64,000 nucleotides of DNA. Source: Gemmatimonadota bacterium. GTDB taxonomy: Bacteria > Gemmatimonadota > Gemmatimonadetes > Gemmatimonadales > GWC2-71-9. The DNA lies in the NCBI GenBank assembly GCA_036679645.1, contig JAZDCY010000013.1:32001-96000 (forward strand), given 5' to 3'. The notes beneath the pieces were generated by a model. That model was not told where the DNA came from. It did not search any database and worked only from the letters and a program-made list of their open reading frames with translations. Shown piece after piece: positions 50,640 to 59,479 of this stretch; position 1 is the stretch's first letter, and every line of letters begins with the position of its first letter. Made by a program: the position numbers and the translations under genes.

Positions 50640-50817
50640 TATCCCCTCCTTGGGGTGGTGGTATCCTCGTGAAAGGTCTCTTCTAAGTGCGCGCTCCGCT
50701 AGCTGTGTGCAGTCTCGGTTGCTCGGGAAGGTCGGATCCACCGGGGGTTCCATGACGCTCGTCACAGATGGAGATTGCGCAGTCGGCCCGATCCCACGAG
50801 CACAAGGAGCCTAGCTC

Positions 50818-51942
50818 ATGCGTCGCCCGCGAATCCACGTTTCCCCGCTTGTTCTAGCCGCAGGACTGTTTCTCGCTCCCGCGACCAGCCGGCCGCCCGC
50901 AACGGTGCCGGTCGCGTCGGATTCATTGGACGACGGCCCGCACGTGTACTGGGAAGACGGCGAGCACGCGATCGTCTTCTACCTGTGCGGCGACTCGGTG
51001 CCCGCCACGCGCTTCGAGGCGAGGGACACGCTCGCCTTCGCCGGGCTCTGCACCGACTCCAGCACCGTGTACCGTCTCCCCGCCGGCCCTCCCGAGCCAG
51101 CACAAGATACGTGGGAAGACGTGTCGCGCATCCTCGCGATCAGCGACATCCACGGCGAGTACGACGCCATGGTCACGTTCCTGGAACGGGCCGGTGTGAT
51201 CGACGCCGCCGGCCGCTGGACCTGGGGCGACGGACACCTGGTGGTGGTCGGCGACGTGCTCGACCGGGGCGGGCGCGTGACCGAGTGTCTGTGGTTCCTG
51301 TATCGCCTCGAGCAGGAGGCGGAGCTTGCGGGCGGGCGCGTGCACGTCACGCTGGGGAACCACGAGATGATGGTGATGCGAGACGACGTGCGGTACGTGA
51401 ACAGCAAATACACCGGGGGGATTGTCAGGTATCTGGGCGTCCGCTACCAGGACCTGTTCGGTCCCGACATGGAACTGGGCCGGTGGCTCCGCAGCAAGCC
51501 ATTCCTCCTCAAACTCAACGACATCGTGTTCGTCCACGGCGGACTCGGGCCGGAACTAGTGACACGCGGCCTCGACATCCAGACCGTGAACACGATCGGC
51601 CGAGAGAGCCTCGACCTCTCGTCAGTCGCGCTCACATTCAGCGACGTGCCGGAATTCCTGCTGGGCAGCACAGGACCGCTGTGGTACCGGGGCTACTTCC
51701 TGGCCGGCGACGACTACACCATGGCCTCTTCGGAAGAGGTGGATACCATGCTGCGTTTCTACGGCGCGACAGCCGTAGTGGTGGGACACACCGAGATCGG
51801 CCAGGTGGGACGATTCTATGACGGGCGGGTGTTCGCGATCGACGTCTCGCTCGAGATGCTCGGCTCGTTCCAGGGATTGCTCTGGGAGAACGGGGAGTTC
51901 AGTGTGGTGACCGGGACGGGAAGCGTCGTGCCGCTGAACTGA
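50818..51942 (+). CDS. Secreted metallophosphoesterase (Shewanella-like phosphatase type)
   Basis: SDIHG, GDVLDRG, GNHE, HGG, GPLWYRG, VGHT, IDV. Confidence 0.92.
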   Translation: MRRPRIHVSPLVLAAGLFLAPATSRPPATVPVASDSLDDGPHVYWEDGEHAIVFYLCGDSVPATRFEARDTLAFAGLCTDSSTVYRLPAGPPEPAQDTWEDVSRILAISDIHGEYDAMVTFLERAGVIDAAGRWTWGDGHLVVVGDVLDRGGRVTECLWFLYRLEQEAELAGGRVHVTLGNHEMMVMRDDVRYVNSKYTGGIVRYLGVRYQDLFGPDMELGRWLRSKPFLLKLNDIVFVHGGLGPELVTRGLDIQTVNTIGRESLDLSSVALTFSDVPEFLLGSTGPLWYRGYFLAGDDYTMASSEEVDTMLRFYGATAVVVGHTEIGQVGRFYDGRVFAIDVSLEMLGSFQGLLWENGEFSVVTGTGSVVPLN

Positions 51943-51952
51943 GGCACGCCCG

Positions 51953-53044
51953 CTATCGCACGCCTCCCTCCGCCCGGCACCGACCGATCAATTCGCGGCG
52001 CAGTTTCCGGGGGTCGTCGATCACGTCGTAAAACTCGTCCAGGTAGCGCTGCGTGTCGCGGACGTAGCGCGCCGAGAGACCCGGCAGGTTCTCGTACAGC
52101 GCGTAGATCGCTTCTCGCCGTTCGCGGAACGGCGCGAGTACCGCGTTCCATTGCTCCTCGCTCAGACATCTCCCGCGGTACAGACGTTGGCGCACGGTCC
52201 TGATCGGCAGCCGGGAGTCGGGGACCGCGTATGACGTGTTCACGATCCCCGTCCAATCGAAGTCATACGTGACCGGGTAGTAGACGGCCCGCTGCATGTC
52301 CTGCACCAACTCGATGTTGTGCAGGCCACCCAACGACCAGTCCGTACCGCCAATCATGTACAGGAATACCGCGACGAGTCCGAGTTCGAGCGGATCCACG
52401 TCTTCGAACCGGGCACCGAGCGTCTCGAGCAGCATGCCGTCGTTGCGCACGGCCATCTGCTCCGCATGCTCGAGCAGAAACGTGTACACCGTGAGCGAGT
52501 CCTCGCGCTCACTCGTGTCCACGTAGGTGGTGCGGGCCAGACGCACACGGAGGCTGTGCGGGGTGAGCAGGTTGTAGATCTTGTAGGCGACGTATTCCCT
52601 CAAGACGTACTCCTCATACACGTCTCGGCCCGGGCGACAGGGCGTCACCAGCTTGAGCTTGTCCTGATTCGCAAAGACCGTCCCGCCGACTCTGCTCCGT
52701 GGGAAGTTCAGCCGGAGCGGCGGAAAGTCGCAGTTGCGCCGCTGGCGCCGCCAGTGTCCCCGGGTCTTCAGCTTGACGTCCAGCGCCACGGGCTCCGCAT
52801 CCCCGACCCGGTACGAGAGTGTGGCCTCGTGCTCCTCCGCCTCCAGCGAGTCCCTGTCATTGATCAGCGTCCGCAGGTCCACTTCGATCCACAGCTGGAG
52901 GGGGACGTCCGAGTCGAAGAGGACGGCGTGGGTGGAATCTGGCTGTGTGTCGGGCGACTGGCCGCGCGCGGCCGTGCCGGTGACTCCCAGCACCAACAGC
53001 GTCGTGATGACCGAGACGACCGCGTGTCGAGACACCGCAATCAC
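51953..53044 (-). CDS. Secreted CotH-like / atypical kinase-fold protein
   Basis: KTRG..R, KLKLVT.C, LREY..Y, YMIGGTDW...HN, P..YDFD. Confidence 0.65.
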   Translation of the reverse strand: MIAVSRHAVVSVITTLLVLGVTGTAARGQSPDTQPDSTHAVLFDSDVPLQLWIEVDLRTLINDRDSLEAEEHEATLSYRVGDAEPVALDVKLKTRGHWRRQRRNCDFPPLRLNFPRSRVGGTVFANQDKLKLVTPCRPGRDVYEEYVLREYVAYKIYNLLTPHSLRVRLARTTYVDTSEREDSLTVYTFLLEHAEQMAVRNDGMLLETLGARFEDVDPLELGLVAVFLYMIGGTDWSLGGLHNIELVQDMQRAVYYPVTYDFDWTGIVNTSYAVPDSRLPIRTVRQRLYRGRCLSEEQWNAVLAPFRERREAIYALYENLPGLSARYVRDTQRYLDEFYDVIDDPRKLRRELIGRCRAEGGVR

Positions 53045-53069
53045 CGGTGACTTCCGATGACGTGCAACG

Positions 53070-54107
53070 TCAATCCAATTCCGCCCCGACGATCGCCGTG
53101 GGTACGACGTTCTTCTTGAACTGGACCGCGTACTCGATCACGTGTGTGCCGTCATCTTCGTGCACGACGCTGCCCAACGTCCAGCGCTTGGTATACTGGC
53201 CCAGCAGCAGCTCCGCGACCTGCTTCGCGGCGGCCACGTCCGTGGCCCGAACCCGGAGCAGCGATTCCAACTCCACGGACTCGCTATCCGGTACGTTGCG
53301 CTTGCGGCGTCGCGAGGCTCGTTCCGCCAGGGCCTCGAGCTGTTCGCCCGACATGGCCTTCAGGATTTCGTCATCGAGCTGCTGCACGAACCCGCTCGGA
53401 CGGTTCACGTGGGCGCGTGCCTCCTCTAGGCGCCGCCGGGCGATCGCTCCCTCGAGCGCCGCCGAGCTGCGGCCGAGGTCCGAGTACCAGAGCAAGAGGA
53501 CCACGATGTTGAAGATGATCGAGAGGGCGATCGCTACCGGCAGGTCGACGCCGGCCGCCAGGCCAATCCCCGTCGCGACGAAGATGTGCACGGCGTCCTT
53601 GCTGTCCTCCAGCGTGTTGCGGAACCGCACGGCTGCCACGATGCCCGCCAGGCTGAACGCCAGGGCCAGGCTGTTCTTCACGAGCACGACAACCCCTGCG
53701 ACCACCACGGGCAGCATGACCAGGGAGTGCACCAGCGATTGGCGGAAGCCTTTCTTGCGCCGGGTGAGGATGTACACCCACGCCACGGGAAGCGCGAAGA
53801 GTCCGGCCACGACCATGGCGGCGGTCGCCGACCACATGTCGGTCGACCATTCGGCACCGAAGAGCGGCTGCGCGATGACCTCATCGAACGTGCTGGGCCC
53901 GGTCGGTCTGCCGGCCGAGGCATCGCGCAGCAGGTCTCCCGTCAGGAGCCGCATCTGTGTCGGAAACCATCGCCACAGCGCGGCACCCGCGCCGAGTAGC
54001 AGCACGTAGTACGCGGCAGTCCTGACGATCAGGTTCTGCCACGCCTTTTGCAGCCGGGTTCTCCGCTTGCCCGGCTCTGTGGTGCTGAGACTGCCTGGCT
54101 CTGTCAT
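53070..54107 (-). CDS. DUF4956 membrane protein
   Basis: VKNSLALAFSLAGIVAAVRFRNTL.D..DA..IF....IGLAAG. Confidence 0.85.
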   Translation of the reverse strand: MTEPGSLSTTEPGKRRTRLQKAWQNLIVRTAAYYVLLLGAGAALWRWFPTQMRLLTGDLLRDASAGRPTGPSTFDEVIAQPLFGAEWSTDMWSATAAMVVAGLFALPVAWVYILTRRKKGFRQSLVHSLVMLPVVVAGVVVLVKNSLALAFSLAGIVAAVRFRNTLEDSKDAVHIFVATGIGLAAGVDLPVAIALSIIFNIVVLLLWYSDLGRSSAALEGAIARRRLEEARAHVNRPSGFVQQLDDEILKAMSGEQLEALAERASRRRKRNVPDSESVELESLLRVRATDVAAAKQVAELLLGQYTKRWTLGSVVHEDDGTHVIEYAVQFKKNVVPTAIVGAELD

Positions 54108-54307
54108 GCCTTATCCCCCCGAGCCTGCGCAAGGCATACGATAGGGGTTGCGCGACGCCAGGGCTAGTTCGGAGGCGCAACGAGCGGCGGTCGCCTTCTC
54201 CACGGATGGCATTTGCGTGAACTACCTAAAGGAAAACAGACGAGGAGCCTGCGCGCCATCGCAGGCCCCTCGTGTCTTGACCACGCCAATCGTAACGGCG
54301 GTTTGCG

Positions 54308-55144
54308 CTATTGCTTCTGGAACACCGCCCGGAGTGACGCCGGCTCCTCGGTTCCGTTGTCGTCGAAGTCGAACTCGTCGTCGCCGGTCGTGAGGGTCAG
54401 CGTGTTGCCTGACAGACTGAACGCGAAGACCTCCACACTGGTCTGGCCCGTCTCCGACAACGTGAGCGTATTCCCGTTGATCGCGATCGTTCCCTCCTCG
54501 ACACTCTGCGCCTCCATAGGCTCATCGACCGTCAGTGTGTAATCGCCGTTGGCCATTATGGTCAGGACGATCGTGGCGCCCTCCACGATCAGGTCGACCT
54601 TTTCTGTAGTGTTCGCCTGATTCGTGAACTCCACGACCGTTGCATTCCAAGTTCCGGCGAGGTCGACGACCGCAACGCCAGTCCCAACATCGCTCGACTG
54701 GAACACCGCCCGGAGTGACGCCGGCTCCTCGGTTCCGTCGTCGTCAAAGTCGAACTCGTCGTCGTCGGTCGTGAGGGTCAGCGTGTTGCCTGACAGATTG
54801 AACGTGAAGGCATCCGCGCTGCTCTCGCCCGTCCCCGACAACGTGAGCGTATTCCCGTCAATCGTGATTGTTCCCACCTCGACACTCGGCGCCTCCATAG
54901 GCTCATCGACCGTCAGTGCGTAATCGCCGTTGGCCATTATGGTCAGGACGATCGTGGCGCCCTCCGCGATAAGATCGATCTTTTCCGATGCGTTCGCCTG
55001 ATTCGTGAACTCCACGACCGTCGCATTCCAGGTTCCGGCGAGGTCGACAACCTCGGGGACGTTCCCAACTCCGGTCGAATCGCCGCACGCGGCAACCGAC
55101 GCGGCTACGGCCAGTACAGCCACACCACTGCGCTTCCAGTCCAT
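54308..55144 (-). CDS. Lipoprotein with two tandem lipocalin-like beta domains
   Basis: Lipobox VAAC; two near-identical units starting LAGTWNAT and ending DFDDxGTEEPASLRAVFQ. Confidence 0.85.
   Translation of the reverse strand: MDWKRSGVAVLAVAASVAACGDSTGVGNVPEVVDLAGTWNATVVEFTNQANASEKIDLIAEGATIVLTIMANGDYALTVDEPMEAPSVEVGTITIDGNTLTLSGTGESSADAFTFNLSGNTLTLTTDDDEFDFDDDGTEEPASLRAVFQSSDVGTGVAVVDLAGTWNATVVEFTNQANTTEKVDLIVEGATIVLTIMANGDYTLTVDEPMEAQSVEEGTIAINGNTLTLSETGQTSVEVFAFSLSGNTLTLTTGDDEFDFDDNGTEEPASLRAVFQKQ
54317..55048. repeat. Tandem duplication, about 350-bp units at 381-bp offset
   Basis: 54317-54667 versus 54698-55048, highly similar at the DNA level. Confidence 0.95.
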
Positions 55145-55556
55145 TGACACTCCTCGTGGATAAGACACGACGTCTCCGCGAGAAGATCTCACGGAGACGC
55201 CGATTGGCTCAGATAAGTGAGTAAAGTAGTCGGATTGTCCAATAATGGAACCGTCGGATCTGGTGGCTGGCGTCTCGTGCGTGGTCGCCTTAAAACCCGC
55301 GAAGAACTTCTCGACCACGACTCCGTGCCGCACCGACCTCAGCGAGTAGCGCCCGGTGCGACCCACGGATCGCGCGAAGCCAGATTAGACGCCTTTAGCA
55401 GCGCGGCGAACGGTGGATCTGGACGCAGGGCGCTCGGACGTCAACGCCAGAATCCGGAACGGCTACACCGCGCTCAAGGGTGCAGAGCAACGTAGGCACC
55501 CCGACGTGGCATTGATCCTGAGGGCGGCGGGAGCAAGATAGAAGAGGGTCTGCTGC

Positions 55557-56486
55557 CTAGGGCTCCCGCCGACCTCGCCCGAGCCGATCGAACAGTGCAG
55601 CCGCTCTCGCCAGCGCGTTCGGTGGATTGGTTTCGAAAACCCAGAAACGTTCGAGGTCACCCGCATTCATGAGAAGCTGCATGGTTCCCTGCGACTTGTG
55701 CTCAGCGATGAGCCAGTTGACGACGATCTGGTAGTTGAGGCGATTGTTGGGACCGAAGGACGCCAATCTGTCGACAATGAATGGCTCATCGGCGTTCACA
55801 ACGCGTGTAATGGGGTAGCCGTCGTGCTCGATGTACGAAAATGAGTACGTGCTATCCGTCCGGCTCCCGACAAAACTCCCGAGCACGACAGGGCGATGGT
55901 CGGCAGCAACCGCACGAGCCGCTTCGAGCGCAAGTATGGTGGCTGCCTTGTGGTGCGCGTGAAAATGCGGAATTGGCAAGTGCACGAAGACGAAGTCGTA
56001 GTCCGTGCGGTCCATGATCTGCTGTAATCGCATCCGGACATCATCGGCATCCCACACCGATTGCAAGACGGTGTCGATATTCTCCGTGTACGCGTCATCG
56101 AGCGCGTCCAGGAAAAAGTAGTTACGGATTCCCACGATCCGGCCACCCGCCATGAGTTCCCGTTTCCGGATGGCCGGCAGATGTGTTCGCGCCACGGCTT
56201 CATTTGTGAGATCGATGCCATAGATCGGCTCCGCCAGTTCCGAGTAGCGGAACCCGCCGCTGCCGTCCGTGACGAGTGCAAGATCGACGGCGCCGTGGAG
56301 TTCGTGCGTGATACGGTAGACCGTCGCGGCGAACATCGCATCGTCGTCGGGATGCGCCGTCACGATCAATACGCTTGGTGCCGCCTCCTGCTGTGCCCGC
56401 GCGGGTGACGCGACGACGAACAAGACCAACAGGAACACAGCGGCAACAGTACGCCCTGCCCGGTAGAGATAGTATTGGCTCGGCAT
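55557..56486 (-). CDS. Secreted PIG-L family deacetylase
   Basis: AHPDDDA, TDG..G, R..E, HAHH, HKSQ. Confidence 0.88.
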   Translation of the reverse strand: MPSQYYLYRAGRTVAAVFLLVLFVVASPARAQQEAAPSVLIVTAHPDDDAMFAATVYRITHELHGAVDLALVTDGSGGFRYSELAEPIYGIDLTNEAVARTHLPAIRKRELMAGGRIVGIRNYFFLDALDDAYTENIDTVLQSVWDADDVRMRLQQIMDRTDYDFVFVHLPIPHFHAHHKAATILALEAARAVAADHRPVVLGSFVGSRTDSTYSFSYIEHDGYPITRVVNADEPFIVDRLASFGPNNRLNYQIVVNWLIAEHKSQGTMQLLMNAGDLERFWVFETNPPNALARAAALFDRLGRGRREP

Positions 56487-56661
56487 GGCTCTCGAGTCGA
56501 TGGTGTGTCCGCGGGCGCCGCTCAGCGGCGAGTCCTGCCCTTTCGCCGAAGGCTCAGCACCAGGCGATGCGTGGCTCCGGACGAAAGGTACCAGATGGGT
56601 GGCGGAACCGAACCGGTGTGGGCCCCTGGCGGGCACGAGTTGTTCTAACGCAACGTAGCCT

Positions 56662-56733
56662 TCAGGAGTGGCTCCCGCCGGCGTTCCTGGGATCCCCGAA
56701 GCCTCTAGGGCGCAATCCGGCTACGGCTCGCAT
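56662..56733 (-). CDS. Putative 23-aa leader peptide MRAVAGLRPRGFGDPRNAGGSHS
   Basis: GGAAGGA RBS 8 nt upstream of ATG, inside a hairpin. Confidence 0.35.
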   Translation of the reverse strand: MRAVAGLRPRGFGDPRNAGGSHS

Positions 56734-56848
56734 GATTCTGGTCCTTCCCACCGATCCAGCATGACCCACCCAATGGCGCGCTTGACGTGCAGGACCCCAC
56801 GGGTAGCTTCGCCCCAGATCCAACAACAACCGTCCCGGGAGGACCCAT

Positions 56849-57328
56849 ATGACGTACGCGTCTCTTCGCCGCGCCTCGAGCGTCGTTGCCTTCGTCAGCA
56901 TCTTCGCGGCTTGCGCCGCACAAGCACCCGCAGGCCTCACCGACTCCGATCGAGCGGCCATACAAGCTGTGAGCGACGAATTCGAGGAGCATTTTCTAGC
57001 CGGCAACTTTGCCGGCGTCGCGTCGTTGTACACCGAGGACGCGGTACTCCTGCCTCCGAACGCGCCGAGCCAGACGGGCCGCGCGGCAATCGAAGAGTTC
57101 ATCACCAACTTCCCGCCCATGACGCAGTTCGATCTCACGAACGTGACTGTCGAAGGCTCAGGAGATATGGCCTACGTGCACGGAACGCTGCACATGGTCA
57201 TGACTGGCCCGGACGGGAGCACCATCGAGGATACGGGCAAGTACATCGAGATCCGACACAAGGTCGGTGACCGCTGGCTACTCGCATACGACATCTTCAA
57301 CTCGGATCTGCCTTTGCCGACTCCATAG
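56849..57328 (+). CDS. SnoaL/NTF2-like (DUF4440/YybH) lipoprotein
   Basis: Lipobox FAAC; LYTEDAVLLPPN...GRAAI, GDMAY, GKY; GGAGGA RBS. Confidence 0.88.
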   Translation: MTYASLRRASSVVAFVSIFAACAAQAPAGLTDSDRAAIQAVSDEFEEHFLAGNFAGVASLYTEDAVLLPPNAPSQTGRAAIEEFITNFPPMTQFDLTNVTVEGSGDMAYVHGTLHMVMTGPDGSTIEDTGKYIEIRHKVGDRWLLAYDIFNSDLPLPTP

Positions 57329-57417
57329 CCGTCCGGGCGGTAGGACGTTGTCGTGCGCGGGATGTTATCATTTGAAACCCGTTACGCGCCCGCCACGTCG
57401 AGGTGTAGGGAGACACC

Positions 57418-58131
57418 ATGAAGCACTACGATAGGCTCACGATCCTGAGGAATCGCCATCGCGTGCGCGATCTCCGCGTATTCCGCGAGCTGGTCGTGGC
57501 CTACTACGAGCGATCGGAGTACGACGCGGACGACCTCCAGATGGACTGGGAGGGTGCGCAGGCTGCCCGCGCGCAGATCAACCGCATGCTCCCGCGGATC
57601 GCAGACGTGGTTGAGGCGGCGAGAATCGGGACGGCCGCTGCCACAGGGAATCCTGGCATTGCCGTGGGCAAGCCCGATGCCTTGCAGCACATCTTCACTG
57701 ACCGGTATGTGAGCACAGGGGGTCAGGAAGTCCTCGACATCATCGACATGACGATCGGCGTGTATGAGGCCAGCCGGTTCGGTGCACTGGCCCGCACCGT
57801 CAACCCGTTGTACTACGTCGGCACGCTACTCGGGTTCGTCTTCGGTCTCCCCAAGCAGTTCTTCAATGCGCTCGGATTCGGACGTCCGTCCCATCTTCCG
57901 CGCATACAGGCGGAAGACGTCAAACGGCTAGAAGCGGCGGCGGCGCGCTTGGCTGAGACCGAAGACTTGATCGAGATGCGGTTTTCGGAGTTACGCGAGC
58001 GGCAGGCGCGGCAGGTAGCGGAGCACGCCCAGCAACTGACGGAGCTGGCCGAGCGTCTCGATTTTGCGGAACGCGTGTTAACGCAACAGCGAGCGCTCCC
58101 CAACCCGCCCGACGCCACCACTCCCGTCTAA
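57418..58131 (+). CDS. Hypothetical protein with hydrophobic segment and C-terminal coiled coil
   Basis: GGGAG RBS; ELAERLDFAERVL C-terminus. Confidence 0.75.
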   Translation: MKHYDRLTILRNRHRVRDLRVFRELVVAYYERSEYDADDLQMDWEGAQAARAQINRMLPRIADVVEAARIGTAAATGNPGIAVGKPDALQHIFTDRYVSTGGQEVLDIIDMTIGVYEASRFGALARTVNPLYYVGTLLGFVFGLPKQFFNALGFGRPSHLPRIQAEDVKRLEAAAARLAETEDLIEMRFSELRERQARQVAEHAQQLTELAERLDFAERVLTQQRALPNPPDATTPV

Positions 58132-58137
58132 CAGGAC

Positions 58138-59478
58138 CTAGTGGGCGCGCACCCTGTCGATCAGCTCGCCGAGTGCCGCGCTGTCGAACCACTGCCCGCC
58201 AAGCATCACACCGACCGGCCTCCGCAGTGTGGCGAGGCCTTCGAGCGGATTGTTCCCCACGAGCACGAGATCCGCGACATACCCTTCTGAAACCTTCCCC
58301 AACTCACCTGGTACACCGAGCATTTCCGCCGCACCTGTCGTCACCGTACGGAGTGCCGACACCGGATCCAGCCCAACGTCCTCCACCAGGAGTTGCAGCT
58401 CGTCGTGGATGGAGAAACCCGGTATGAGAAGGAGGTTGGGTGTGTCCGTTCCCGCTACGATCGTGACGCCGGCGTCGTACAGCGCGCGCGTGAGCGCCAC
58501 CTGTGCATCGTAGAAGTTTCTTCGTCGTGCGAGTCGTTCTTCGCTCGGCGGCTCGCTGCGGAAGGTGTTCCACCAGTCCCTGACACCCTGATCGACGAGC
58601 GCCATTTCCGGGCGGGCATACAACGAATCGGACCACGATGTGCCACGTGCCATGAGGACCTTCATCCCGAACAGAGTCGATGTGAAGCACGTCTCATGTC
58701 CCGCGAACGCCTCGGCGATGGCGGTTGCCTCCTCGGCGGTCACCTCCATGGACGCCTGGCGTCCATATGTCGAATAGATGAGCTGGTCGGCGTGGTCGAT
58801 GCAGTGTTGACCAGCATCCAGCACGCCGGCGAGCCCCACGTCATCGGGCGTGTGTCCTATGAAGCGAATCCCTATCTCCGTTGCGGCGGCGGCGAGCCCG
58901 TCATACGCCGCCAAGCTCAGGAAATCGTAGACTTTGATGAAGTCGTAGCCGGCCGCGACCTGTTCGCGCACCCGCACGTCCGCCTCTGCCGCAGACGTTG
59001 CGACGACGTGCGGCCAGTGGATCTCGCGCCCCGCGATCATTGGGCCGGTGGTGTAAATCCTGGGCGCCAGCAACTCACCGCGCCGCGCGCGCGCGCGCCA
59101 CGTGAGCGTCGTGGTGTCACCATGCTTGAAGAGCACCGTCGTGACGCCTGCTGTGAGATAGAGCGGGAAGTCGCGCTCCTCGGTGTGGACGTGCAGGTCA
59201 ATGAGTCCGGGGATCACGTAGGCGTTGCCGCCGTCGATCACCGCCGCCGGGATGTCAGTCGGCACATCTAGCCCGCTGCCGATCCAATCGATCCGGCCGT
59301 CGCGCACGGCGATCGCCCGATTGGGCTCGACCGTGCCCGTTTCTACCGATACAACCGCAACATTGGTAATAACGGTCTCGACGCCGTCCCATCCGCCGGC
59401 AGGCGCACCCCTGCCGCAGCCGAAGGCGAGAATAGCGATACCGAAGAGCACGCTTCGCGCGACCCGATGACGACTCAT
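58138..59478 (-). CDS. Amidohydrolase family lipoprotein
   Basis: Lipobox AFGC; PGLIDLHVH, IKVY, GH, DH, AGTD, ADLVLV..NPL. Confidence 0.9.
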   Translation of the reverse strand: MSRHRVARSVLFGIAILAFGCGRGAPAGGWDGVETVITNVAVVSVETGTVEPNRAIAVRDGRIDWIGSGLDVPTDIPAAVIDGGNAYVIPGLIDLHVHTEERDFPLYLTAGVTTVLFKHGDTTTLTWRARARRGELLAPRIYTTGPMIAGREIHWPHVVATSAAEADVRVREQVAAGYDFIKVYDFLSLAAYDGLAAAATEIGIRFIGHTPDDVGLAGVLDAGQHCIDHADQLIYSTYGRQASMEVTAEEATAIAEAFAGHETCFTSTLFGMKVLMARGTSWSDSLYARPEMALVDQGVRDWWNTFRSEPPSEERLARRRNFYDAQVALTRALYDAGVTIVAGTDTPNLLLIPGFSIHDELQLLVEDVGLDPVSALRTVTTGAAEMLGVPGELGKVSEGYVADLVLVGNNPLEGLATLRRPVGVMLGGQWFDSAALGELIDRVRAH

Positions 59479-59479
59479 C

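Noticed and set aside
55200..55460. Possible REP-associated transposase remnant (…FAGFKATT…) or ncRNA
   Set aside because: Only a few residues resemble the motif; no HUH motif and no clear structure.
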